This document shows, piece by piece, positions 55,917 to 64,000 of a DNA stretch of 64,000 bases. A model generated the notes under the pieces. The model ran no database searches, was not told the origin of the DNA, and saw nothing but the letters and a program-made list of their open reading frames with translations. Position 1 is the first letter of the stretch; every line of letters starts with the position of its first letter. This DNA is from Holophagales bacterium (GTDB lineage Bacteria; Acidobacteriota; Thermoanaerobaculia; UBA5066), in the NCBI GenBank assembly GCA_016714815.1, contig JADKBZ010000014.1, positions 83,320 to 147,319 on the forward strand, given 5' to 3'. A program made the position numbers and the translations under genes.

Positions 55917-57856
55917 GCGGGGACCTCCTGCTCGAGTTTCTGCACGGCCTCTTCCCAGGCCGCCCAACGGGAGTCGAGGGCCTTCTGCGCCTCCTCCCGC
56001 GAGAGGGTCAGCTCCCGCGTCCGCGGCCCGTCCTTCCAGGCGGAGGGCTCCGCGAGCGCGGCGTCGATCTCGCGGATCCGCTCCTCGAGGCGGGCGACCT
56101 CCTCCTCGAGCGCCTCCACCTCGCGGCGCGCCTTCGCGCGCTGCCGGTCTGCCTGACGGTCCGGGCGGCGCACGGCCTTCGGCCCGGGCTCGGCCGGAGC
56201 TGTCCGGACGGGAGCCTGGGCCACGGCCTTCCCGGCCGCCCGGCGCCGCGTGAGCTCGGAAAACCCCCCGGGCCAGAGCGTCGCCTCGCGCCCCTGCACC
56301 TCGAGGACGTGCGTCGCGATCCGGTCGACGAACCAGCGGTCGTGCGAGACGAAAAGAATGGTTCCTTCGAAGTCCAGGAGCGCCTCCTCGAGGCGCTCGC
56401 GCGAGTCGAGGTCGAGGTGGTTCGTCGGCTCGTCGAGGAGGAGGAGATTGGCGCCGCCGAAAACGATGCGGGCGAGGGAGAGGCGCCCCTTCTCGCCCCC
56501 GGAGAGGGTCCCGACCTTCTGTTCCACCTCGTCGCCCCGGAAGTCGAAGAGGGCGAGGAAGTCGCGCGCCTCGACGTCGAGGAGGCTCGGGTCGAGGTCG
56601 CGGACGACGTCGAGGACCGTCCAGGAGGGAGCCAGGTCGCGCATCTCCTGGTCGTAGTAGCCGACGAGGACGCCCGTTCCAAGGGCGGCGCTCCCGGAGA
56701 TCGGAGGCAGGAGGCGGGCCATCGTCTTCAGGAGGGTCGTCTTCCCGCATCCGTTCGGCCCCCAGAGGGCGATCCGCTCGCCGCGGCGCAGGAGGAACGA
56801 GACGGGCGACAGGAGCGGGCCGGTCTCGGGGTAGCCCGGGACGAGGCCCTTCAGCTCGAGGACCCGGTCGCCCGAGGCCCTCGCCTCCTCGAACCGGAAG
56901 AGGACGTCGTTGGCGTCTTCCCGCGGCGCTTCGACCCGCTCGAGCCTGGCGAGCATCTTCCGCCGGGACTGGGCCTGCTTCGTCTTCTGCCCGGCGATGT
57001 TGCGGCGGATGAAGTCCTCGGTCCGCTCGACGAGCTTCCGCTGCTCCTCGGCCGCTTTCGCGCGTATCCGGTCGCGCTCGGCTTTCAGCTTCCGGTAGGC
57101 GTCGTAGTCGCCCGGGTACTCCTCGAGGACCCCGTGGGCCACCTCGACGATCCGGTCGGCGACGGCGTTGAGGAAATGCCGGTCGTGCGAGACGACGAGC
57201 GCGGCCTGCGCCGCCGCGTTCTTCCGTTCCACGAGCCAGGTCTCGAGGAACTCGAGTCCCGCCACGTCGAGGTGGTTCGTCGGCTCGTCGAGCAGAAGGA
57301 CCGACGCGTCGCCGAGGAGGAGGCGCGCGATCTGGGCCCGGTGCTTCTGCCCCCCGGAGAGCTCCCCGACGTGCCGGTCCCACGTCTCGCGGGGCAGGCC
57401 GACGCCGAGGAGCACCCGCTCGACGCGCGCGTCCGCCTCGTAGCCGCCGTTGCGCTCGAAACGCTCGCGGAGCGCGTCGTGCTCGGCGAGAAGCGGCTCG
57501 ACGGACCCTTCGGCCCCGGCCTCGGACGAGGCCGCGATCGCGACCTCGAGGCGGCGCATCTCGGTCTCGAGTCCCCGGAGCCCCGCCTGCGCCCGTGCGA
57601 CGAACTCGCGGAGCGGCTCGTCGCCTTCCGGCTCCACCGCCTGCTCGAGGGAGGCGAAGGTCGTCCCTCCCGCCAGGAGGACACGCCCCGAATCGGGTTC
57701 GACGAGCCCCTGGACGATTCGAAGGAGCGTCGACTTCCCCGCCCCGTTGCGTCCGACGAGGCCGGCGACCCGACCCGGGTCGTGCTGCCACGTGGCACCT
57801 GCGAGAACGGTCTTCTCCCCGAACCCCTTGTGGACGCGCTCGAGCCTGTAGAGCAC
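55913..57856 (-). CDS. ABC-F family ATPase (EttA/Uup-like translation factor), two ABC cassettes
   Basis: GLVGRNGAGKSTLLRIV...LSGGQKHRAQIARLL...LLLDEPTNHLD, and a second cassette LWGPNGCGKTTLLK...LSGGEKGRLSLARIV...LLLDEPTNHLD. A coiled-coil linker and C-terminal arm are present. Confidence 0.85.
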   Translation of the reverse strand: MLYRLERVHKGFGEKTVLAGATWQHDPGRVAGLVGRNGAGKSTLLRIVQGLVEPDSGRVLLAGGTTFASLEQAVEPEGDEPLREFVARAQAGLRGLETEMRRLEVAIAASSEAGAEGSVEPLLAEHDALRERFERNGGYEADARVERVLLGVGLPRETWDRHVGELSGGQKHRAQIARLLLGDASVLLLDEPTNHLDVAGLEFLETWLVERKNAAAQAALVVSHDRHFLNAVADRIVEVAHGVLEEYPGDYDAYRKLKAERDRIRAKAAEEQRKLVERTEDFIRRNIAGQKTKQAQSRRKMLARLERVEAPREDANDVLFRFEEARASGDRVLELKGLVPGYPETGPLLSPVSFLLRRGERIALWGPNGCGKTTLLKTMARLLPPISGSAALGTGVLVGYYDQEMRDLAPSWTVLDVVRDLDPSLLDVEARDFLALFDFRGDEVEQKVGTLSGGEKGRLSLARIVFGGANLLLLDEPTNHLDLDSRERLEEALLDFEGTILFVSHDRWFVDRIATHVLEVQGREATLWPGGFSELTRRRAAGKAVAQAPVRTAPAEPGPKAVRRPDRQADRQRAKARREVEALEEEVARLEERIREIDAALAEPSAWKDGPRTRELTLSREEAQKALDSRWAAWEEAVQKLEQEVPA

Positions 57857-57899
57857 GCGCGGAGGATAACCTCAGAGGTTGTCCGGGCCGGTTCGAACC

Positions 57900-58814
57900 C
57901 TAGGCCGCCACGCCTCCGGAGTCGACGCGGTTGCGCCCCTCCGCCTTGGCTCTGTAGAGCCTCACGTCGGCGGCCTTCAAGAGGTCGGTCGATCCCCGGG
58001 CGTCGCCCGGGAAGCAGGCGACGCCGCCGCTGATCGTGACGCGCCCGAGCGGCTGCGTCTCGCCTCCGGCGAAGTCCATCGCTTCGATGCGGGCCCGCGC
58101 CGTCTCGGCCACCTGCAGCGCTTCCTTGAGCGAGGCGCCGTAGAGGAGGATCACGAACTCCTCGCCCCCGAATCGGGCGACGATGTCGCCCCGGCGGGCG
58201 GTGCCGCGCAGGAGGTCGGAGACCTGGACGAGGACGACGTTCCCGGCCGGGTGGCCGTGGGTGTCGTTGTAGGCCTTGAAGTGGTCGATGTCGAAGAGGA
58301 CGACGCTCACCGCGTCGCGCATCTGGACGGCGCGATCGAGCTCGAGGTCGAGGCGTTCGATGAAGAACCCGTAGTTGTACAGGGACGTGAGCCGGTCGGT
58401 GATGGCCCTGTGCTGGCTCTGGGTCACCATTCGCGAGAGGCTGCGAATCCTCTGGGACTCGATCCGGAAGAGCTCTCCCATGAGGTCCGGCCGGTCGCGG
58501 ATGAAGTCGAGGAACTGCTTGGCGCCGATCGTCCGGATCCGGCAGTCGGTGGCCGCGCGCAGGCCCGCCGAGCGGGCTCCGCCGTCGAGGCAGGCCATCT
58601 CTCCGAGGACGTCGCCAGCGCGCGCCATCCGGAGGACGACGGGCTCGCCGGTCGGAGAGGACTGGAGGATCTCGAACGTCCCCTCCACGAGGAGAACGAC
58701 GGTTTCTCCCTTGGCCCCTTCCTGCCAGAGCTCCTCGCCGGCCTGGACCACGCCCTCGCGTCCGAGCGGCAGGAGCTCCCGGTAGAGATCGTTGACCGCT
58801 TCTGGTGCCCCCAT
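57900..58814 (-). CDS. Cyclic-nucleotide-binding (cNMP/CAP-family) domain fused to a GGDEF diguanylate cyclase
   Basis: N-terminal ...ELWQEGAKGETVVLLVEGTFEIL...ARAGDVLGEMACLDGGARSAGLRAATDCRIRTI is the cNMP-binding beta-roll (G-E-x-A). C-terminal ...VVLFDIDHFKAYNDTHGHPAGNVVLVQVSDLL...RFGGEEFVILL has the GGEEF active site. The first ~535 codons of the track ORF are shadow. Confidence 0.75.
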   Translation of the reverse strand: MGAPEAVNDLYRELLPLGREGVVQAGEELWQEGAKGETVVLLVEGTFEILQSSPTGEPVVLRMARAGDVLGEMACLDGGARSAGLRAATDCRIRTIGAKQFLDFIRDRPDLMGELFRIESQRIRSLSRMVTQSQHRAITDRLTSLYNYGFFIERLDLELDRAVQMRDAVSVVLFDIDHFKAYNDTHGHPAGNVVLVQVSDLLRGTARRGDIVARFGGEEFVILLYGASLKEALQVAETARARIEAMDFAGGETQPLGRVTISGGVACFPGDARGSTDLLKAADVRLYRAKAEGRNRVDSGGVAA

Positions 58815-58880
58815 CAGGTTCCTGTGCCGCCAGTATATCGCTGTGGGGCCGGGCCGGGGTCGGGCGATACACTGAACCGG

Positions 58881-60725
58881 ATGACCGACGAGAGCCTCCT
58901 CGACAAGGCCTTCTCGGCCCCGGAGCCGCAGACGAACCTCGGAGAGGGCAACAGCCTCGTCTCCGGCGAGCTGCTCTCCCGCCTCCGGCACGACATGCGG
59001 ACGCCCATCCACCAGATCCTCGGCTACGCCGAGATGCTGGAGGAGGACGCCATCGCCTCCGGGCAGACCGGCTGGGCCGAGGATCTCGGCAAGATCCAGG
59101 CGGCGACCCGGCGGCTTCTCGGGATGGTCGACGGCCTCCCGGAACGGCTCCTCCCGGAATCGGGCGGAGCCCCCTTCGAAGAGCCCGGCGAGGAGCTCCC
59201 GTCGCCCGATGCGCCGATCCCGGAGGCGCCCCACGACGCCAGGCTGGAAGTGACGGGACCCATCCGGAGGGGAGACGTCGATCTCTCCCCGACGGAACCG
59301 GTCGAGCCCGCCCACCTCCTCGTCGTCGACGACAACGCGGAGAACCGCGAGATGCTCTCGCGCCGACTCCAGGGTCACGGGTTCACGATCGCCGTGGCCG
59401 AGAGCGGACCCGAAGCCCTCCGCCTCCTCGAGGAGACGCCCTTCGACCTCGTCCTCCTGGACGTCGTCATGCCCGGGATGAGCGGTCTCGACGTCCTGCG
59501 TCACCTGCGGCCCCGGCACGCCGCGGCCGACCTGCCCGTCATCATGGCGACCGCCAGGGACGACTCGAACGACGTCGTGACCGCCCTCCGCCTCGGCGCC
59601 AACGACTACGTCACCAAGCCCCTCGACTTCCCCGTCGTCCTCGCCCGGGTCGCGACCCAGCTCACCCTCTCGCGCGCCAAGGCGCGGATCAGCACGCTCG
59701 CGCGGGACCTGGAGGTGAGGAACCGTTTCATCTTCGAGACGTTCGGCCGCTACCTCTCGAACGAAGTCGTCGAGCAGCTCCTGCAGTCGCCGGAAGGCCT
59801 GAAGCTCGGAGGCGAGACGCGCAAGGTGACGCTCCTGATGTCCGACCTCCGGGGCTTCACGCAGCTGGCCGACCGGATCCCTCCCGACCGCGTCGTGAGG
59901 CTCCTGAACAACTACCTGGGCACGATGGTCGACGTCCTCCTCTCGTTCCAGGGGACGATCGACGAGTTCATCGGCGACGCCATCCTCGCCATCTTCGGCG
60001 CCCCCGTGCAGCGCGAGGACGACGCCCTGCGCGCCGTGGCCTGCGCCGTCGAGATGCAGCGCGCCATGGAACGCGTCAACGACTTCAACCGGCGCGAAGG
60101 GCTCCCCGCCGTCGAGATGGGGATCGCGATTCACACCGGCGAGGTCGTCGTCGGCAACATCGGATCGGACAAGCGGGCCAAGTACGGCGTCGTCGGAAGC
60201 CCCGTGAACCTGACCGCGCGGATCGAGTCGTACACGGTCGGCGGGCAGATCCTCGTCAGCGACCGCACCCGCCGGGAAGGCGGCTCCGACCTCTCCGTCG
60301 GAAGCGAGGTCGTCGTGCAGATGAAGGGGTTCGAGAAGCCGGTCTCCGCGTGGGACGTGCGCGGCGTCTCCGGCGGCTTCAACCTCTACCTGCGCGCTCG
60401 CGAGGAAGCGCTCGTTTCCCTCCACGGGCCGCTTCCGGTGCGGTTCGCGACGATCTCCGGCCAGCGCGTCGACGGGCCCGAGTCCGAGGGCCTCCTCGTG
60501 CGGCTCTCGATGAAGGAGGCCGAGATCGAAGCGCGCGAACGGCCCGAGCCCTTCCGGAACCTGAGGCTGCGGTTCGTCGCCCGCGACGGCAGCACGATCG
60601 CCGGAGAGGTCTACGGCAAGGTCTCGACGCCGAAGCTCACCACGAAGGGCTTCGGCCTGAGGTTCACGTCGCTCCCCCCGGAGATCCGCTCCTTCCTCGA
60701 GTCGATCCTGGCCGGGAGCCGCTGA
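58881..60725 (+). CDS. Multidomain signalling protein: HisKA-type phosphoacceptor (no ATPase) - REC receiver - class III adenylyl/guanylyl cyclase - C-terminal PilZ-like domain
   Basis: H-box LRHDMRTPIHQILGYAEMLEED. REC HLLVVDDNAENREMLSRRLQGHGFTIAVAESGPEALRLLEETPFDLVLLDVVMPGMSGLDVLRHLR (DD...D...T...K pattern). Cyclase VTLLMSDLRGFTQLA...GDAILAIFGAP...GIAIHTGEVVVGNIGS..R..YGVVGSPVNLTARIES. C-terminal ...VRLSMKEAEI...LRLRFVARDGSTIAGEVYGKVS...GFGLRFTSLPPEIRSFLESIL is PilZ-like (DxSxxG, GvgveF). Confidence 0.75.
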   Translation: MTDESLLDKAFSAPEPQTNLGEGNSLVSGELLSRLRHDMRTPIHQILGYAEMLEEDAIASGQTGWAEDLGKIQAATRRLLGMVDGLPERLLPESGGAPFEEPGEELPSPDAPIPEAPHDARLEVTGPIRRGDVDLSPTEPVEPAHLLVVDDNAENREMLSRRLQGHGFTIAVAESGPEALRLLEETPFDLVLLDVVMPGMSGLDVLRHLRPRHAAADLPVIMATARDDSNDVVTALRLGANDYVTKPLDFPVVLARVATQLTLSRAKARISTLARDLEVRNRFIFETFGRYLSNEVVEQLLQSPEGLKLGGETRKVTLLMSDLRGFTQLADRIPPDRVVRLLNNYLGTMVDVLLSFQGTIDEFIGDAILAIFGAPVQREDDALRAVACAVEMQRAMERVNDFNRREGLPAVEMGIAIHTGEVVVGNIGSDKRAKYGVVGSPVNLTARIESYTVGGQILVSDRTRREGGSDLSVGSEVVVQMKGFEKPVSAWDVRGVSGGFNLYLRAREEALVSLHGPLPVRFATISGQRVDGPESEGLLVRLSMKEAEIEARERPEPFRNLRLRFVARDGSTIAGEVYGKVSTPKLTTKGFGLRFTSLPPEIRSFLESILAGSR

Positions 60726-60917
60726 GCTTCCCCGACGCCTCCGGCATCCCTGCCCCCCTGGCTATCCGCGCCGGCCTGGAGGCAGCAGATCAGCGCCGGG
60801 GCCGATTCACCGCCACCAGGTCGTCCACGCGGTCGCTTTCCTGACCTGGGAGGCCACAAGCTGTCTTGGAGAGGGCGTCGCCCGCGTCCTGAAGACGCAG
60901 CTGGCGCGGGGAAGGAT

Positions 60918-62741
60918 CTACGGCTTTGGACAGGGTGGGTTCGTCGGACGAGACGCATGGAGCGCGAACAGCTCGAACACCCAGCAGGCGTTCGGATTCG
61001 CGTCCCTCGCCGCGTCGATCTCCGGGGCGAGGCCCGCCATCGTCTCCTCCGTCGTGTCGATACCCAGCCTCGCGTCGTGCAGGTCGGCGTCGAAGGTGAT
61101 CGCCTGCCGGCCTCCCATCGCGAGGCTCCACCGCGGCCACGTCGGCAGGGAGGAGCGCCTCGGGTTCGGGTCGAGCGTCCTCACGAACGAGGCGAGGTAG
61201 TCCATCATCACGCCCTGGAGCGCGACGCGGCCCTCGCGGTTCGCGGGTGTGAACGAGAGGTCCCAGGCGTCGCGGCTGCCGCCCTGAAAGAACGGGACGT
61301 CCATCGAGTGGGCGGCGCCGAAGTAGGTGCCGAAGTCCGCCAGGGCCGGGTCTCCGCCGCCCGACCAGTCGAACCGGTAAGCGTAGACCGCGCGGCGGGC
61401 GTCCGCTGCCGTCAGGCTCCGGGCCAGGTCGTCGACGCCGTACGCCTGCATCAGCCGCGACTTCAGGCTCGCGACGAGGGCGTAGAAGTCCCGGTCGGCC
61501 TGCAAGGGCAGGACGTCGGTCGGGTTCATCCGGGGGCCGACCCCGATGACGTTGAACAGGCTGGCCCACGTGACGCGCGGGTCGCCGGACGGCACGGTCC
61601 CGCCGGAGAGTTCCTTCACGGGATCCCCGTAGACGGGCATGAAGTCCTTCCACTCGTCCCTGGTACTCCCGATCAGGACCGGGACGCGAGCCACCATCCC
61701 GTCCGCGATGGCATCCGCCCAGCTCGCCGTCGGGACGACATAGCCGTCCTGGATCGGCTCGTGAGCGGGCATGAACCCGACCTTCCCGTCAGTGCCGTCC
61801 CTTCGGGCGCGGAGGATCTCCTCGGCCGTCTTGTCCCGCAGGTACACCTCGATCTCTTCGGACTTCATGGCGGCGCGGACCGCCGCCGCTCCCTCTGCAT
61901 CGGACGCCCGCCCGTCGCGGATCAGCAGACCGTCGATCGTTTCATTCGTCATCTCGTCGGCCTCTTCCCGGGTGTACGGGAGCATGCCGAGGCTCTGCAG
62001 GACGGCCCCACGGAAGAGCCCCCTCGAGAGCGGAGAGGCGAGGATGGTCATCGTGTTTCCGGCGCCGGAGGACTGTCCGCCGACGACGACCTTCGCCGGA
62101 TCGCCGCCAAACGCGGAGATGCTCTCCCGGACCCAGCCGAGGGCCTTCAGCTGGTCGAGCGTGCCGTAGTCGCCGGACTTGTCCCTGGCGGAACCGGACT
62201 GGCGAAGGGCCGGATGGGTGAGGAACCCGAGGGCGGAGACCCGGTACTGGATCGTGACGACGACGATGTTCCCGCGTCGGGCGAGACCACCAGGGTCGTA
62301 GTCGGCGACGGAGCCGAAACTGTTCGAGCCGCCGTGGATGAAGACGTAGACCGGGAGGTCCTTCTCGTGGGTCCTGGGCCGATAGACGTTCAGGTAGAGA
62401 CAGTCCTCGCTTCCCGTGAAGGCATCCGAGCTTCTCCAGTACTTGTCGTACACCTGCTGCGCGCACGGGCCGGGATCGGAGGTGGCGTCCCGGACGCCGG
62501 TCCAGGCGACGGGATCGAGCGGAGCCTTCCACCGGAGAGCACCTACCGGCGGCTGGGCGTAGGGGACGCCCTTCCAGACGAGCGTGTGGCCATCGGGCGA
62601 GAAGCCCTGGACGATGCCGAACGGTGTGTGCGCGACCGGCCCGGCCACGTTCGCCCGATCGAGAAGAGATTCCTGGCCCGAGAGCGGTCCCGTCGCCAGA
62701 GTCAGCCAGATCGCCACGGCGGCCAACGGACGTGTTTTCAT
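60918..62741 (-). CDS. Carboxylesterase type B (para-nitrobenzyl esterase / cholinesterase-like), secreted
   Basis: Signal peptide MKTRPLAAVAIWLTLATGPLSGQ. EDCLYLNVYRP. VFIHGGSNSFGS. ...VVVGGQSSGAGNT (GxSxG, Ser nucleophile). Confidence 0.8.
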   Translation of the reverse strand: MKTRPLAAVAIWLTLATGPLSGQESLLDRANVAGPVAHTPFGIVQGFSPDGHTLVWKGVPYAQPPVGALRWKAPLDPVAWTGVRDATSDPGPCAQQVYDKYWRSSDAFTGSEDCLYLNVYRPRTHEKDLPVYVFIHGGSNSFGSVADYDPGGLARRGNIVVVTIQYRVSALGFLTHPALRQSGSARDKSGDYGTLDQLKALGWVRESISAFGGDPAKVVVGGQSSGAGNTMTILASPLSRGLFRGAVLQSLGMLPYTREEADEMTNETIDGLLIRDGRASDAEGAAAVRAAMKSEEIEVYLRDKTAEEILRARRDGTDGKVGFMPAHEPIQDGYVVPTASWADAIADGMVARVPVLIGSTRDEWKDFMPVYGDPVKELSGGTVPSGDPRVTWASLFNVIGVGPRMNPTDVLPLQADRDFYALVASLKSRLMQAYGVDDLARSLTAADARRAVYAYRFDWSGGGDPALADFGTYFGAAHSMDVPFFQGGSRDAWDLSFTPANREGRVALQGVMMDYLASFVRTLDPNPRRSSLPTWPRWSLAMGGRQAITFDADLHDARLGIDTTEETMAGLAPEIDAARDANPNACWVFELFALHASRPTNPPCPKP

Positions 62742-62944
62742 TTCCCCTCCCGCGGCTTCGTGGCCGCCGTCCGAACGCGACGACCAGGTTCAACCGCCCG
62801 AGCCCTTTCGAAGCGCAACATCGCTGCCAGCCCGTCGGAACGCGCAATCCGCTGAATCAGCGGGCTCTCGCCGGGGATTCGTGTGTCCGCGGGTGTCAGC
62901 GTGTGTCCAGGTCGTCGATCTGGAACACGGGCCGGAGCGTCACC

Positions 62945-63244
62945 TCAACGGACGGGCTCCTGCGGCGCCCCAGCGAGCCTGTCCGCCTCGGCGATCCAGC
63001 CGCCCCCCGGGACCTTGTAGATCGTGACGAGCGAAGAGAAGGCCGCCGTGCGGGACTGGACGAGGTCGAGCTGCGCCGGGAAGAGCTTTTCCTGGGCCTG
63101 CAGGACCGTGGAGTAGGGCGCGTATCCCCCGTTGTACTGGATGAGGGCGAGACGCTCGTACTCGCTCGCCGCCTTCACGAGGCGGACCCGGGCTTCGAGC
63201 TCTTCCGCGAGCTTCTGCCTCGAGACGAGGGCGAATACCTCCAG
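62945..63244 (-). pseudogene. C-terminal ~100-codon remnant of an RND-efflux outer-membrane factor gene (TolC/OprM/NodT family). The 5' ~1.2 kb is absent
   Basis: Open frame from a TAA at ~63245: ...LVSRQKLAEELEARVRLVKAASEYERLALIQYNGGYAPYSTVLQAQEKLFPAQLDLVQSRTAAFSSLVTIYKVPGGGW is the characteristic OMF C-terminus (...Y.aG..syLdVLdAqr.L..aq..l.....a...N...LYkALGGGW). No OMF-like sequence appears upstream in any frame. Confidence 0.5.
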
Positions 63245-63433
63245 TTACAAGGTGATCGCCGCCGTCAATGCGGGATTCGCCGGGAAGCAAGGCGACAAAG
63301 TAGCCTTCTTCACGCTGCGAGTGAAGAAGGGCCGGCGCGAAGGCGCGAAATCGTTCTTCCGTGACCAGCTCCTCTATCACGTATCACGTCAACGACGAGT
63401 AGCCCCGAACAGGGTCTCGGGAAGCCGGCCGGG

Positions 63434-63802
63434 TCAGCCGGGAGAGAGGAACGTCTCGACCTTGCCGAGGAGACGAGGCAGCTCGACCGGCTTGGTGTCG
63501 TAGTCGTCGCAGCCGGCCGCGAGCGCCTTCTCCCGGTCGCCCACCATGGCGTGTGCCGAGAGCCCGATGATCGGGATTGCGGCCGTGTCCGCGTCCGCCT
63601 TCAACCGGCGTGTCGCCTCGTAACCGTCGAGGACCGGCATCGACAGGTCCATCAGGATCAGCTCGGGCCGGTCGGATACGGTTCTGTCGATGGCCTCGGC
63701 ACCGTTGACGGCGAGAATGACCTCGTACCCCTTCCGCAGAAGCCTGCGGGAGAGCATGTCGCGGTTCATTTCATCGTCATCGACGACCAGGATTTTCGGC
63801 AT
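63434..63802 (-). CDS. Single-domain response regulator (CheY-like receiver)
   Basis: MPKILVVDDDEMNRDMLSRRLLRKGYEVILAVNGAEAIDRTVSDRPELILMDLSMPVLDGYEATRRLKAD...IPIIGLSAHAMVGDREKALAAGCDDYDTKP is the full D-D-T-K receiver signature. It may start at an upstream GTG that is translationally coupled to a partial ORF leaving the window. Confidence 0.75.
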   Translation of the reverse strand: MPKILVVDDDEMNRDMLSRRLLRKGYEVILAVNGAEAIDRTVSDRPELILMDLSMPVLDGYEATRRLKADADTAAIPIIGLSAHAMVGDREKALAAGCDDYDTKPVELPRLLGKVETFLSPG

Positions 63803-64000
63803 CTGAGTCTCGCCAGACCGCCCTTCGGGCAGCCCGAAGGAGTGTAACGCCACTCATTCTTGACAGCACGCGAGGCCTGACCTACCGTCGCCGCGGAGCG
63901 CATCTTCATGGCCTTCTCGTGGCTTTCGGGAGGCGACGACGTCGCCGAGCTCATCTCGAAGAGGAACTACTCCCGCGCGGCGAAAGTCCTCCGCGGCCAG

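Noticed and set aside
58815-58880. Possible CRP-like site in the GGDEF/cyclase intergenic region (TGTGccgccagtatatcgcTGTGg)
   Set aside because: The two TGTG elements are direct rather than inverted, so it does not match the TGTGA-N6-TCACA palindrome. Noted only because a cAMP-responsive promoter would fit the proposed circuit.
63854-64000. Open minus-strand frame entering from the right edge (…DELGDVVASRKPREGHEDALRGDGRSGLACCQE*), ending 1 nt before a possible GTG start of the response regulator
   Set aside because: It is only 49 codons, with no recognisable motif. An open frame of this length is not significant at this GC content. It might be the 3' end of a kinase or partner gene, but cannot be supported.
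1-64000. Search for CRISPR arrays, IS elements, integrases and prophage genes
   Set aside because: I found no regularly spaced direct repeats, no transposase or integrase-like ORFs, and no phage structural genes. The only tandem duplications are the paralogous secreted-protein genes (29529-31369) and the two phasin-type genes.

Overview
High-GC (~70%) bacterial chromosomal segment. Gene content and domain architectures look like Myxococcota or Acidobacteriota, but the lineage cannot be determined from sequence alone. It is gene-dense, with about 60 protein-coding genes on both strands and two tRNAs (Lys-TTT and Glu-TTC). I found no transposase, integrase, prophage or CRISPR array. Several long ORFs in the supplied track are Arg/Pro-rich antisense shadows of real genes and were discarded. 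Clearly recognisable genes: acyl-CoA carboxyltransferase plus a B12-binding protein, an IHF/HU protein, a site-2 protease (M50), dtd, ssb, nagZ-mutS, tsaB-rimI, pssA, an Asd-like gene, hutU and hutH (separated), purA, a Met/Cys PLP lyase, cysK, gpsA-cinA, an ABC-F ATPase, a LolCDE-like transporter with LolA-like lipoprotein, znuACB, and a carboxylesterase. A very large multi-TM NtrY-like histidine kinase is also present. Accessory or unusual content: (i) a PHA-granule cluster (phaR-phasin-patatin) facing a phasin-like/epimerase/PlsC-acyltransferase operon and a two-domain ArsA-like ATPase; (ii) a divergent pair that looks like reciprocal cAMP/c-di-GMP wiring, namely a cNMP-binding GGDEF protein opposite a HisKA-REC-class III cyclase-PilZ protein; (iii) a translationally coupled operon of membrane c-type cytochrome, membrane protein, patatin lipoprotein and transglutaminase-like/TPR protein; (iv) a stand-alone FtsH-like pseudo-peptidase (HEAGR) with a membrane partner; (v) a His-rich repeat protein divergent from znuACB; (vi) tandem paralogous secreted proteins; (vii) a small inter-tRNA segment carrying nucleotidyltransferase-fold and HIRAN-like genes; (viii) a truncated outer-membrane efflux gene remnant. 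Four conserved genes (patatin, arsA-like, dcp, cysK) each carry a -1 frameshift, one of them inside a G5 homopolymer. That pattern suggests single-base deletion errors in the assembly rather than real pseudogenes. All coordinates are +/- a few nt. I re-derived starts by frame arithmetic against the ORF track because hand transcription is error-prone.
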